Source of the DNA: an uncultured Pelagibacteraceae bacterium
Lineage (GTDB): Bacteria; Pseudomonadota; Alphaproteobacteria; Pelagibacterales; Pelagibacteraceae
Reading direction: 5' to 3'
Length of the DNA: 64,000 bases
Assembly: GCA_902552035.1 (NCBI GenBank)
Contig: CACDFC010000001.1
Span: 26,064 to 90,063 of the forward strand
Within the stretch, counting starts at the first letter, position 1. Each line of letters begins with the position of its first letter. Made by a program: the position numbers and the translations under genes. The notes beneath the pieces are model-generated. The model had not been told where the DNA came from and did no database searches. It worked only from the letters and a program-made list of their open reading frames with translations. Below are positions 10,598 to 21,102 of this stretch, in pieces.

Positions 10598-11380
10598 ATG
10601 AAGATACCTACTATAACAATTCAACAACTTTTAGAAGCTGGTGTTCATCTAGGGCATAAAACGCTTAGATGGAATCCAAAAATGAAAAAATATATTTTTG
10701 GAAAAAGAGATTCAATTCACATAATAGATTTAACTCAAACTTTAGAGTTAACAAATTTAGCATTAGAGAAAGTCTACAACACAATAATAAATAACGGTAA
10801 AATATTATTTATTTCGACAAAAAAACAGGCATCAGAATCAATAGCTTCACTAGCAAAAAATACTGGTCAGTATTATGTTAATTATAGATGGTTAGGTGGA
10901 ATGCTTACAAATTGGGGAACAATTTCAAACTCAATTAAAAAACTACAAAAAATAAATATTGATTTAACATCAGAAAATAGAGGATTTACAAAAAAAGAAT
11001 TATTAAAAATGAGTGTACAAAGAGACAAGTTACAAAGATCGCTCGGAGGAATCTCTGAGATGAAAAAAGTTCCAGATTTAGTTTTTATTATAGATACAAA
11101 CTACGAGTCTTTGGCAATAAAAGAGTCAATAAAGCTTGGAATACCCATTATTGCAATCTTGGATACAAATTCAAACCCAGAAGGTATTGACTTTCCAATT
11201 CCAGGAAATGATGATGCAAGGAGGTCTATAGATTTATATTGTAGTTTAATACAAGAAACTATTGAGAATGCAAAAAAAGAATCACCAAATTTGATTCAAG
11301 AAAGTACCCCAGATGTTGATAAACTCAAAAAAATAAAAAACCTTAAAGACACAGAAGTAATAAAAAAAAGTATTAATTAA
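10598..11380 (+). CDS. rpsB: 30S ribosomal protein S2
   Basis: [20 protein letters not shown] and PIPGNDDA motifs. Confidence 0.98.
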   Translation: MKIPTITIQQLLEAGVHLGHKTLRWNPKMKKYIFGKRDSIHIIDLTQTLELTNLALEKVYNTIINNGKILFISTKKQASESIASLAKNTGQYYVNYRWLGGMLTNWGTISNSIKKLQKINIDLTSENRGFTKKELLKMSVQRDKLQRSLGGISEMKKVPDLVFIIDTNYESLAIKESIKLGIPIIAILDTNSNPEGIDFPIPGNDDARRSIDLYCSLIQETIENAKKESPNLIQESTPDVDKLKKIKNLKDTEVIKKSIN

Positions 11381-11382
11381 TA

Positions 11383-12234
11383 ATGAGTGATATTGAAAAG
11401 GTTAAAAAATTAAGACAATCTACTGGAGCTGGTTTTAAAGACTGTAATTCAGCTTTAAAAGAGTCAAATGGTGACTTAGATAAAGCGATTGAAATTTTGA
11501 GAATAAAAGGTGTTTCAAAAGCATCAAAAAAAATGTCAAGAGATGCAAACGAAGGTGTAATTGCTTTATCAGGTGATGAAAACCAAACATCAGTTATAGA
11601 AGTAAATTGTGAAACTGATTTTGTCGCAAAAAATCAAGATTTTATAAATTTTGTAAAAGAGTTGAGTGAAATAAATAACAAATGCTCTTCTAAGATAGAA
11701 AAAGTAAAATCAAATTTAATGAAAAATGGAAAATCTGTTGACGAAAATATAGTTTCATTAATATCAAAAATTGGAGAAAAAATAACCATCGGAAGAGCAA
11801 AAACTATAAATAATTCAGGCTCAAAAAATTTCACTTATCTTCATAGTGTAGTTAAAGATAATCTTTCAAAACTTGCTGTTATAACATCAATAGAGACAAA
11901 AGAAAAAAATGAAAAAATTGATTTATTTGGCAAACAACTTACAATGCATGTAGCAGCATCAAATCCATTAGCAATTGATTTAGATAGTTTAGATGAAAAT
12001 ATTATTTCTAAGGAGCAAAAATTAATAGCAGAAGAACTTAAAAACTTAGGCAAAACTGAAGATGTTGTCAAAAAAATAAGCTTAGGTAAAATTAATAAAT
12101 TCAAGCAAGAAAATAGTCTAATGAATCAAGCTTGGGTTATGGAACCAAAAAAAAAAGTAAAAGAAATAATTTCAGAATTAAATATATCAGATTTAAAAAT
12201 AAAAGAGTTTTATCGATTAAAAATTGGAGAGTAA
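11383..12234 (+). CDS. tsf: Elongation factor Ts
   Basis: [27 protein letters not shown] and IGEKI motifs. Confidence 0.98.
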   Translation: MSDIEKVKKLRQSTGAGFKDCNSALKESNGDLDKAIEILRIKGVSKASKKMSRDANEGVIALSGDENQTSVIEVNCETDFVAKNQDFINFVKELSEINNKCSSKIEKVKSNLMKNGKSVDENIVSLISKIGEKITIGRAKTINNSGSKNFTYLHSVVKDNLSKLAVITSIETKEKNEKIDLFGKQLTMHVAASNPLAIDLDSLDENIISKEQKLIAEELKNLGKTEDVVKKISLGKINKFKQENSLMNQAWVMEPKKKVKEIISELNISDLKIKEFYRLKIGE

Positions 12235-12786
12235 ATGTTTGACCAAAAAATATTTGATCATAAAATGAAAGTTACTCTTGATAGATTATCAAAAGAATTA
12301 GCATCATTGAGCACTGGTAGAGCAAATTCTAAAATGCTAGATTTAATAAAAGTTGATGTTTATGGTCAAAAAATGCCAATTAATCAATTAGCTACAATTA
12401 CTACACCGGAGCCTAGAATGATTAATATTCAAGTATGGGATTTAAATAATGTTGCTTTAATAGACTCCTCAATCAGAAAATCAGAACTTGGTTTAAATCC
12501 TCAGATAGATGGTCAGATTATTAGATTACCAATACCAAGCTTAACCGAAGAAAGAAGAAATGAAATAAAAAAAATGATTAATTCGATGGGTGAAAAATAC
12601 AAAGTTGCAATAAGAACAGTTAGAAGAGAGGCAAATGACCAACTCAAAAGTTTACTTAAAGATAAAAATATCAGTGAAGATGATGAAAAAAAAAATGAAA
12701 AAATTATCCAGAAAATCACCGATAATAATATTAAAAATATAGATGAAAGAATTGTTGCAAAAGAAAAAGAAATAATGACTATATGA
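12235..12786 (+). CDS. frr: Ribosome recycling factor
   Basis: TGRAN, VDVYGQ, LGLNP, LTEERR and KEKEIM motifs. Confidence 0.97.
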   Translation: MFDQKIFDHKMKVTLDRLSKELASLSTGRANSKMLDLIKVDVYGQKMPINQLATITTPEPRMINIQVWDLNNVALIDSSIRKSELGLNPQIDGQIIRLPIPSLTEERRNEIKKMINSMGEKYKVAIRTVRREANDQLKSLLKDKNISEDDEKKNEKIIQKITDNNIKNIDERIVAKEKEIMTI

Positions 12787-13457
12787 ATCCAATAAGACAT
12801 GTAGCCATTATTATGGATGGCAATGGAAGATGGGGATTAAAACAAAATAAGTCTAGAAACTTTGGACATAAAGCTGGATTAAAAACTGTTGAAAAAATAA
12901 TTAAAGAGACAATTAGAAATAAAATAAGGTTTCTTACATTATATGCTTTTTCAACAGAAAATTGGAAAAGACCAAAAAAAGAAATTAATTTTTTATTTAA
13001 TTTATTAGAAAATTTTCTGATAAATAGACTTGATGAGCTTCATAAACAAAATATAAAACTCAAAATTATTGGTATCAAAAATTTTTCTACAAAACTAAAT
13101 AACCTTCTTAATGATTCCGAAAAAAAAACTGCAAGGAATGATAAATTACAAATAAATTTAGCGTTAAATTATGGCTCAAAATCTGAATTAATAAATGCAT
13201 TTAAGAATCTGCATAAAAGTAAAGATAAGTTAAATGAAAAAAATTTAATTAAATATCTTCAAACTAATAATATTCCAGATCCTGATTTATTGATTAGAAC
13301 CGGTAATACTAAAAGATTGAGCAATTTTTTGTTATGGCAATTAGCTTATTCTGAGATATTTTTTGAAAAGAAGTTATGGCCAGAATTTAATGAAAAAGAT
13401 TATAGTAAGATTATTAGAAATTATAAATCAATTAAAAGAAATTTTGGAAATATTTAA
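12783..13457 (+). CDS. uppS: Undecaprenyl diphosphate synthase
   Basis: HVAIIMDGNGRW, YAFSTENWKRP and RLSNFLLWQ motifs. Confidence 0.97.
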   Translation: MNPIRHVAIIMDGNGRWGLKQNKSRNFGHKAGLKTVEKIIKETIRNKIRFLTLYAFSTENWKRPKKEINFLFNLLENFLINRLDELHKQNIKLKIIGIKNFSTKLNNLLNDSEKKTARNDKLQINLALNYGSKSELINAFKNLHKSKDKLNEKNLIKYLQTNNIPDPDLLIRTGNTKRLSNFLLWQLAYSEIFFEKKLWPEFNEKDYSKIIRNYKSIKRNFGNI

Positions 13458-14131
13458 TGAATAATGAATTAATTAAAAGAATAGCAAGTTCAGTTTTTTT
13501 AATCCCTTTTGCTATTTTTTTTATTATAAAGGGAGCATATTTTTTTAATTTTTTCTTATTAATTTGTTTAATTATTTCAATTTATGAGTGGAATTCTATG
13601 TCAAAAAACAAGGAATATAAAATTCCAGGTATATTATTTTTAATATTTTCTTTCTACTCTGCATATTACTTTAGAAGTGAAATGTATGGTGATTACATAT
13701 ATTTTATTATGATATTATTTATATGTATTTTTACTGATATAGGAGGATATGTATTTGGTAGAATATTCAAAGGGCCAAAATTAACTAAAATTAGTCCAAA
13801 AAAAACATACGCGGGAGTTGTTGGCGGGTATTTACTTGCATTAATATTTGTTACAATGTTGTTTAACAACCTTGATTACATTTCAGAATTTACAAATTTT
13901 AAAATATCTTCTCAAAAACTTACATTAAAAAATTTCACACTCACTATTGCTATTTCAACTATAAGCCAATTAGGCGATATTTTTGTCTCATATTTCAAAA
14001 GAAAATCCAAAATTAAAAATACTGGAAAAATTATACCTGGTCATGGAGGTTTACTTGATAGAATTGATGGTATGATATTTGCTTTTCCTGCATCATACTT
14101 ATCATATTTAATTTTTAAATCTACACATTAA
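13457..14131 (+). CDS. cdsA: Phosphatidate cytidylyltransferase
   Basis: ISPKKT, QLGD and IPGHGGLLDRIDG motifs. Confidence 0.96.
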   Translation: MNNELIKRIASSVFLIPFAIFFIIKGAYFFNFFLLICLIISIYEWNSMSKNKEYKIPGILFLIFSFYSAYYFRSEMYGDYIYFIMILFICIFTDIGGYVFGRIFKGPKLTKISPKKTYAGVVGGYLLALIFVTMLFNNLDYISEFTNFKISSQKLTLKNFTLTIAISTISQLGDIFVSYFKRKSKIKNTGKIIPGHGGLLDRIDGMIFAFPASYLSYLIFKSTH

Positions 14132-15303
14132 TGAAAAAAAAAATTGCAATTCTTGGGTCAACAGGGTCAATTGGGAAAACGACTCTTGAAATTGTAAAAA
14201 AAAATAAAAATGATTTTAAAATAACTTTACTAACTACGAATAAAAATATTAAAGAAATTTTAAAACAATCTAAAGAATTTGATGTAAAAAATATAATTGT
14301 TAGTAATTTTTTTTATTTTCAGAAAATAAAAAAAATAAATAAAAATAAAAATTTAAAAATTTATAATTCATTTGATAGTTTAAGAAAAATTTTAAAAAAT
14401 AAAATTGATTATACTATGTGTGCCATTTCAGGAATTGAAGGTCTTAAACCTACTTTCGACATAATTAAATTCACAAAAAATATTGGCATTGCTAACAAAG
14501 AGTCTATCATTTGTGGTTGGTCCTTTATTAACAAAGAGATTAAAAAAAATAAAACAAACTTTATACCTATTGACTCTGAACATTTCTCTATTTGGTCGTT
14601 AGTTAAAAACGATATTCATAAAATAAATCAGATAATCCTCACAGCCTCTGGTGGACCATTTTTGAACAAATCAAAAAAATTTATTAATAAGGTAAAACCT
14701 ATTGATGCTTTGAAACATCCTAATTGGTCTATGGGTAAAAAAATATCTGTAGACTCTGCAACAATGATGAATAAAGTATTTGAGGTCATCGAGGCTAAAA
14801 AAATATTTAATTTAAATCAAAATAAATTTAAAATTTTGATTCATCCTAAATCTTACATTCATGCTATTGTAAAATATGAAAATGGATTAATAAAAATGTT
14901 AGCACACGATACAAACATGAATATACCAATTTTCAATTTTTTATACCACGATAGATCAAATAAAATTAAATCCAATCCAATCAATTTATCACTTCTAAAT
15001 AATCTTTCTTTATTTAAACCATCAGTAAAAATGTTTCCTTCGCTAAAAGTGTTAAATAAATTACTTAATCATGAAACTTTATATGAAACGATTTTAATTA
15101 GTATAAATGACGAGTTAGTTAAGTTGTTTTTAAATAATAAAATAAATTTTAATGATATTTCACTGTATTTACTTAAAATAATTAAGATTAAAGAATTCAA
15201 AAAATATATATATAAAAGGCCTATAAATATAAAAGAAATTTTAAAAACTATGAGTTTTTCGAAAAAATTAACAAATAAATATGTGAGAATAAAAAATGCG
15301 TAA
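14131..15303 (+). CDS. dxr: 1-deoxy-D-xylulose-5-phosphate reductoisomerase
   Basis: ILGSTGSIG, ANKES, PIDSEH, LTASGGPF and HPNWSMGKKISVDSATMMNK motifs. Confidence 0.97.
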   Translation: MKKKIAILGSTGSIGKTTLEIVKKNKNDFKITLLTTNKNIKEILKQSKEFDVKNIIVSNFFYFQKIKKINKNKNLKIYNSFDSLRKILKNKIDYTMCAISGIEGLKPTFDIIKFTKNIGIANKESIICGWSFINKEIKKNKTNFIPIDSEHFSIWSLVKNDIHKINQIILTASGGPFLNKSKKFINKVKPIDALKHPNWSMGKKISVDSATMMNKVFEVIEAKKIFNLNQNKFKILIHPKSYIHAIVKYENGLIKMLAHDTNMNIPIFNFLYHDRSNKIKSNPINLSLLNNLSLFKPSVKMFPSLKVLNKLLNHETLYETILISINDELVKLFLNNKINFNDISLYLLKIIKIKEFKKYIYKRPINIKEILKTMSFSKKLTNKYVRIKNA

Positions 15304-17542
15304 ATTTTTTCTTCTATCATTGATATTAATTTGTTTAGTTAATCAATCTCATTCTGAAGAAATAAAAAGTATTGAAATTAATGGCAATAACAGAATTAGT
15401 GATGAAACTATATTAGTTTTTTCAGGAATTAAATTAAATAATAAAATTAATTCAGCGTCAGATTTAAATGATATTTTAAAAGAATTATATAATACTAATT
15501 ATTTTTCTGATGTAGATGTCGACTTTGCTGGAAATAAATTAGTTATTAATGTTGTTGAAAACCCGATTATTCAATCTGTAGAACTCAACGGAATTAAGGC
15601 AAAAAAATTTAAAAAAGTTTTACTCGATAATTTAACATTAAAAGAAAAAACTTCATACGTTGAGAATTTTGTTTCTCAGGATATTAATAAAATTAAATCA
15701 ATTATGAAAAGGTCAGGTTACTATTTTGTTAATGTTGATTTAAATGTAATTGATGCAAAAAATTCATCGGTAATATTATCTTATCAAATCGATCTAGGAA
15801 AAAAAGCAAAGATAAGAAACATTAAATTTATCGGAAAAAAATTATTTAAAGATAGAAAACTAAGAAATGTAATAGTTAGTGAAGAATATAAACCATGGAA
15901 ATTTTTAACATCTAAAAAGTTTCTAAACGAAGATAGAATTGAACTAGATAAAAGACTTCTTAAAAATTTTTATCTTAACAGAGGATACTTTAACGTAACA
16001 ATCTCCACATCTTTTGTTGAATATTTAAGTGGTAATGAGTTTGATTTAACATATTCAATTGATGCTGGAGATAAATTATTTTTTAATGATTTACAATTAA
16101 AATTATCAGATGAGTATGATCTCGAACAGTTCGATGAAGTTGAGAAATATTTTACTAAAATAAAAGGCAAACATTATTCACTAGTTGCGATAGAAAAAAT
16201 TAGTAATATAATAGAAAATGTTACTGTAAGAAAGCAGCTTGAATTTTTATCTGTCACAATTGATGAAGATGTAAAAGAAAAGGATAAACTTGATATAACT
16301 TTTAATCTTACCCAGGATAGACAAAAATTTTATGTAAATAGAATAAATATTTTAGGAAATGACATTACAGAGGAAAGTGTTATAAGAAACCAATTTTTAG
16401 TAGATGAAGGCGATCCTTTAAATAAATTATTATTTAATAAATCAATTAACAACGTCAAATCATTAAATATATTTGGTGATGTAAAAACTAAGATAGTTGA
16501 TAGTGATGTTTCTCAAAAAAAAGATATTGAGATTTTGGTTGAAGAAAAAGCGACAGGCGAAATTTCAGCGGGCGCAGGCGTAGGTACATCTGGTGGAACT
16601 GTTGGTTTTAATTTATCTGAGAGAAATTATCTTGGTAAAGGTTTAAATTTAAGTACAAACTTAACATTAAACGAAGAGTCTGTAAAAGGTAGCATTAATT
16701 ATACAAATCCAAATTATAAAAATTCAAACCAAGCTCTCATATTTGGATTGTTCAGTACGACAACAGATAGGCTTGCAGAATATGGCTATAAAAGTTCAAA
16801 TACAGGATTTTCCCTTGGAACTGGTTATGAACAATTTGAGGATTTGTATATTAAACCAAAGTTTTCTGCATCTTATGATAAAATAGAAACTTCAAATGAG
16901 GCTAGTGCATCATTAACGAAACAAAAAGGTGATTATTTTGCTACAAAATTTATTTATGATTTGGATTATGATAAAAGAAACAGAAGATTTCAACCAAGTT
17001 CAGGATATAGGCATTATTTCTCTCAAGCAGTACCAATTTATTCAAAAACTTACGCATTGAAGAATACTTACGAATTCAATCAATATTATCAAGTTTCTGA
17101 TACAATCACAGCAGGACTTTCATTTTATGGAAGCATGATTAATACTCTAAAATCTGAAAAGGACGTCAGAATATCAGAAAGAATAACAATACCTCAGAGA
17201 AAACTACGTGGTTTTGAAACTGGTAAAATCGGACCAAAAGATGGAGCTGATTATGTTGGTGGTAATTACGCATCAGCAATAAATATATATTCTGACTTAC
17301 CTATATTGTTTGAAAATTCTCAAAGTACTGATGTTAAATTTTTCCTAGATGCTGCAAATCTTTGGGGGGCAGATTTTAAGGATAATGATGGAGCAAGCAG
17401 TTATATAAGATCATCTGCTGGATTAGCACTTGATTGGTTCACTCCAGTTGGTCCACTAAATTTCTCTTTTGCCAAACCTATTACGAAAAAATCTTCTGAC
17501 AAAACTGAAAGTTTTAGATTTAATATTGGTACAACTTTTTGA
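15296..17542 (+). CDS. bamA: Outer-membrane protein assembly factor BamA
   Basis: Signal peptide, POTRA-like repeats, NYLGKG, LRGFE, TPVGPLNF and C-terminal FNIGTTF. Confidence 0.96.
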   Translation: MRKFFLLSLILICLVNQSHSEEIKSIEINGNNRISDETILVFSGIKLNNKINSASDLNDILKELYNTNYFSDVDVDFAGNKLVINVVENPIIQSVELNGIKAKKFKKVLLDNLTLKEKTSYVENFVSQDINKIKSIMKRSGYYFVNVDLNVIDAKNSSVILSYQIDLGKKAKIRNIKFIGKKLFKDRKLRNVIVSEEYKPWKFLTSKKFLNEDRIELDKRLLKNFYLNRGYFNVTISTSFVEYLSGNEFDLTYSIDAGDKLFFNDLQLKLSDEYDLEQFDEVEKYFTKIKGKHYSLVAIEKISNIIENVTVRKQLEFLSVTIDEDVKEKDKLDITFNLTQDRQKFYVNRINILGNDITEESVIRNQFLVDEGDPLNKLLFNKSINNVKSLNIFGDVKTKIVDSDVSQKKDIEILVEEKATGEISAGAGVGTSGGTVGFNLSERNYLGKGLNLSTNLTLNEESVKGSINYTNPNYKNSNQALIFGLFSTTTDRLAEYGYKSSNTGFSLGTGYEQFEDLYIKPKFSASYDKIETSNEASASLTKQKGDYFATKFIYDLDYDKRNRRFQPSSGYRHYFSQAVPIYSKTYALKNTYEFNQYYQVSDTITAGLSFYGSMINTLKSEKDVRISERITIPQRKLRGFETGKIGPKDGADYVGGNYASAINIYSDLPILFENSQSTDVKFFLDAANLWGADFKDNDGASSYIRSSAGLALDWFTPVGPLNFSFAKPITKKSSDKTESFRFNIGTTF

Positions 17543-18039
17543 TGAAAAAATATATTTTTTTTTTCTATATAATATTATTAACTTTTGCAAACAGTGAACA
17601 AAAAATTGCCTATATTGATATGAAAGAAATTTTAAATACTTCCTCAGCAGGAGTCAATATAACGAAAGAAATAGAAAAAAAAATTAAAGAAGAAAATAAA
17701 AAATATAATTCCATTGAGGAACAATTAAAAAAAGAGGAAAAAGATTTAAGTCAAAAAAAAAATATTTTATCTAAAGAGGAATTTAATAAAAAATTAACTT
17801 CGTTAAAAATAAAAGTTGATAAATATAATAAAGACAAGAATAGTTCGTTAAATAGTCTCAATAAGCTTAAAGTAGAGAGAACCTCTAATTTAATTAGTAA
17901 AATTAATCCAATAATAGCGAATTATGCTGCTGATAAAAATATATCGATAATTATTAGAAAAGACTCTATGATTATGGGCAAAACAGAACTAGATATATCT
18001 AGTGATATAATAAATTTGATAGATAAAAATATTAAATAA
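17542..18039 (+). CDS. skp: Skp/OmpH periplasmic chaperone
   Basis: Signal peptide, KIAYID, long coiled coil and C-terminal DIS..II; follows bamA. Confidence 0.88.
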   Translation: MKKYIFFFYIILLTFANSEQKIAYIDMKEILNTSSAGVNITKEIEKKIKEENKKYNSIEEQLKKEEKDLSQKKNILSKEEFNKKLTSLKIKVDKYNKDKNSSLNSLNKLKVERTSNLISKINPIIANYAADKNISIIIRKDSMIMGKTELDISSDIINLIDKNIK

Positions 18040-18046
18040 TAAATTT

Positions 18047-18496
18047 ATGAGTGAGACAATAGATAAAGATCAAATAAGAAACTTATTACCACATAGAGAA
18101 CCAATGCTTTTAATAGATGAATTAAAAGATATTAAAAAATTGTTTTCAGCAACTGCAATAGTTAATGTCAAAAAGGATAGTTTTTTTGTTCAAGGTCATT
18201 TCCCCAACCAACCAGTTATGCCCGGTGTATTAATAGTAGAGGCATTCGGTCAAGCGGCTGCAGCCCTAACAGCTCATGGTTTAGATAAAAGTACATATGA
18301 AAATAAATTAGTTTTCCTTATGAGTGTTGAAAAAGCCAGATTTAGAGTCCCAGTAGTTCCAAATTGTATACTCGAACTAAAAATAGAAGCCCTTAGATCT
18401 CATGGACGAGTTTGGAAATACAAGGGAGAAGCATTTGTAGAAAACCAAAAAATGGCAGATGCTCAATGGACAGCAACTATTGTGGATAGGAAATAA
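18047..18496 (+). CDS. fabZ: 3-hydroxyacyl-ACP dehydratase
   Basis: LPHREPMLLID and GHFPNQPVMPGVLIVEA motifs. Confidence 0.96.
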   Translation: MSETIDKDQIRNLLPHREPMLLIDELKDIKKLFSATAIVNVKKDSFFVQGHFPNQPVMPGVLIVEAFGQAAAALTAHGLDKSTYENKLVFLMSVEKARFRVPVVPNCILELKIEALRSHGRVWKYKGEAFVENQKMADAQWTATIVDRK

Positions 18497-18550
18497 TCAG
18501 AAACAAATATTGATAAGTATTACATTTAGGTTTTGATAAATACCATAATA

Positions 18551-19531
18551 ATGAATAACCCTTTTTTTAAGAATAATGGTCCTTTTAAAATAGACAAACT
18601 ATTAAAGTTATCAAATATAAAAAATATTAACAATTTAGAAAATGTTAAAGTAGTAGATATTAAAGATTTATCTTTAGCAAAAAAAAATGACATAACTTTT
18701 TTTCATTCAAAAAAATATGAGGCAATTGCAAATAACACAAAAGCATCTTTTTGTATTACAACTGATAGCCTTAAAAAATATTTACCAAAAAAATGCAAAA
18801 TAATACTTTCAAATAATGTACTTTTAACTACGGCAAAAATAACAGAAATTTTCTATCCAGAATCAGTTGTTGATCACTTTGATGAAACAGTAAAAGAAAT
18901 TTCAAAAACTTCTTTAAAGAAAAAAGTTAAATATGGAAACAATGTTTTAGTTGGTAAAAATGTTAAAATTGGAACTAATTGTTCAATTGGTCATAATACA
19001 ATTATTGAAAAAAATGTGATTATTGGAAATAATTGCTCAATAGCATCAAACGTCATTATTAGAAACTCAGTAATAAAAAATAATGTGAATATTTTAGATA
19101 ATTGCGTTATAGGAAAAAAAGGTTTCGGTTTTTTTCCTGGTCCAAAAAATAATATTAGGTATCCCCAAATTGGTATTGTTATAATTAATGATAATTCAGA
19201 GATTGGGTGCGCTACTACAATAGACAGAGGTTCAATGTCAAATACAGTAATTGGAAAAAACACATATTTAGATAATCAAATTCATGTTGCACATAATGTA
19301 AAAATTGGCGATAATTGCATTATTGCTGGTCAGGTTGGTTTTGCAGGAAGTTCTGTTCTAGGAAATAATGTTATGATTGGAGGTCAAGCAGGAATTTCTG
19401 GTCATCTAAATATTGGAAATAAAGTTCAAATTGGAGGTGGCAGTGGGGTAATAAAAGATATTCCAAATAATTCAAAAGTAATGGGATACCCCGCAAAAGA
19501 TTTAAAAACTTTTGTAAAGGAGAACAGATGA
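18551..19531 (+). CDS. lpxD: UDP-3-O-acyl-glucosamine N-acyltransferase
   Basis: Hexapeptide repeats, GFGF, IDRG and LDNQIHVAHNV; ATG at 18551 preferred over TTG at 18533. Confidence 0.95.
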   Translation: MNNPFFKNNGPFKIDKLLKLSNIKNINNLENVKVVDIKDLSLAKKNDITFFHSKKYEAIANNTKASFCITTDSLKKYLPKKCKIILSNNVLLTTAKITEIFYPESVVDHFDETVKEISKTSLKKKVKYGNNVLVGKNVKIGTNCSIGHNTIIEKNVIIGNNCSIASNVIIRNSVIKNNVNILDNCVIGKKGFGFFPGPKNNIRYPQIGIVIINDNSEIGCATTIDRGSMSNTVIGKNTYLDNQIHVAHNVKIGDNCIIAGQVGFAGSSVLGNNVMIGGQAGISGHLNIGNKVQIGGGSGVIKDIPNNSKVMGYPAKDLKTFVKENR

Positions 19532-20307
19532 TACATAAAACTGCGATAGTTGACTCAAAAGCCAAATTAGCTTCATCAGTAAAAGTTGGACCTTATAGCG
19601 TAATTGGTCCAAATGTAGAAATAGGCGATAACGTAATAATCGACTCACATGTAAATATTTCGGGTTTTACAAAAATTGGTGACGGAAATAAAATTTATCC
19701 GTTTGTGTCAATTGGTAATGATCCTCAAGATTTAAAATATAATGGTGAAAAAACAAAATTGATTATTGGTAATAACAACAAATTTAGGGAGTATGTTACA
19801 GTAAATCCAGGAACAGAAGGAGGAGGAGGACTAACAAAAATCGGTGATAATTGTCTATTTATGATTTCATCACATATAGCTCATGATTGTATTGTTGGCA
19901 GCAATGTAATAATCGCGAATAATGTTCCTTTAGGAGGTCACGTAATAATAGAAGATAATGTTGTTATAGGGGGAAACTCGGCTGTACAGCAATTTACAAG
20001 AATAGGAAAAATGGCAATGATAGGTGGAATGACTGGAGTCCTAAACGACGTAATACCTTACGGGTTGTCAACTGGAAATAGGAATATTTTGCAAGGTCTT
20101 AACCTAATTGGTTTGAGGAGAGCAAAATATGATAATAAAGATATTCTTGGATTGAGTGATGCTTATAAGGAAATATTTGCAACAAAAAATTTGTCTGAAA
20201 ACATAAGAAAACTTAACGGTACAATCGCAGAAAATCCATTAGTAAAAAACGTTGTTGATTTTATTAATAAAGATAAAAAAAGATCTATTTGTACACCATT
20301 TTCATAA
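19528..20307 (+). CDS. lpxA: UDP-N-acetylglucosamine O-acyltransferase
   Basis: IHKTAIV, PQDLKY, HIAHDC and GLNLIGLRR motifs. Confidence 0.96.
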   Translation: MIHKTAIVDSKAKLASSVKVGPYSVIGPNVEIGDNVIIDSHVNISGFTKIGDGNKIYPFVSIGNDPQDLKYNGEKTKLIIGNNNKFREYVTVNPGTEGGGGLTKIGDNCLFMISSHIAHDCIVGSNVIIANNVPLGGHVIIEDNVVIGGNSAVQQFTRIGKMAMIGGMTGVLNDVIPYGLSTGNRNILQGLNLIGLRRAKYDNKDILGLSDAYKEIFATKNLSENIRKLNGTIAENPLVKNVVDFINKDKKRSICTPFS

Positions 20308-20310
20308 AGC

Positions 20311-21102
20311 ATGATTGGTTTAATTTTTGGAGATACAGATTTACCAAATGTAATATTAAATAATATAAAAAAAAAAAAAGTAAAATATATAATAATTGAT
20401 TTATCTAAGAATAAAAAATTTAAAAAAGACAAAAATTCAAAAAATATTTCTATTGGGCAATTTGGAAAAATAATAAACACACTTAATAAAAATAAATGTA
20501 AAAAAGTTTTATTTGCAGGAAAAATAAATAAACCTAAATTTTCGTCTTTAAGGTTAGATTTTAAAGGCTTTTTTTATATAAAAAGAATTATTAAATCATC
20601 AAAATTAGGAGACGCAGCAATAATAAAGGAAATAATAAAAATTCTTTTAAAAGAGAATATTAAAGTTATTAGCTCTACAACCTTTAATCCTGAATTATCA
20701 TTAAAAAAGGGAAATTTTACAAAAGTTAAACCAAATAATTTTGATAAAAGTGATATCAAAATAGGTGTAAAATATTTATTAAAGTTAAATATGTATAATC
20801 ATATCCAAGGATTAATAGTCAAAAATAACAAAGTGATTATTAAAGAAGGTATCTATGGAACAAAAAAAATGATTCAATCAATTAATAAAATAAGTAAAAA
20901 TAATGGAATCTTAATAAAATTTCCTAAAAAAAAACAAGATTTAAGAGTTGATTTACCTACTGTTGGCCTAGATACATTTAAAGACTGTAAAAAATATGGT
21001 TTAAAAGGGATAGTTTTAAAAGCAAATCAAAACATTATTTTAGATAAAAAAAAATGTATTAAATTTGCAAATAAAAATAATATATTTTTGAAAGTTTTAT
21101 GA
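20311..21102 (+). CDS. lpxI: UDP-2,3-diacylglucosamine pyrophosphatase LpxI
   Basis: MIGLIFG, FAGKINKP, LGD and KQDLRVDLPTVG motifs; follows lpxA. Confidence 0.92.
   Translation: MIGLIFGDTDLPNVILNNIKKKKVKYIIIDLSKNKKFKKDKNSKNISIGQFGKIINTLNKNKCKKVLFAGKINKPKFSSLRLDFKGFFYIKRIIKSSKLGDAAIIKEIIKILLKENIKVISSTTFNPELSLKKGNFTKVKPNNFDKSDIKIGVKYLLKLNMYNHIQGLIVKNNKVIIKEGIYGTKKMIQSINKISKNNGILIKFPKKKQDLRVDLPTVGLDTFKDCKKYGLKGIVLKANQNIILDKKKCIKFANKNNIFLKVL

Noticed and set aside
18900-20050. Periodic repeats in lpxD and lpxA
   Set aside because: These are the expected hexapeptide repeats of left-handed beta-helix acyltransferases, not DNA repeats or CRISPR.
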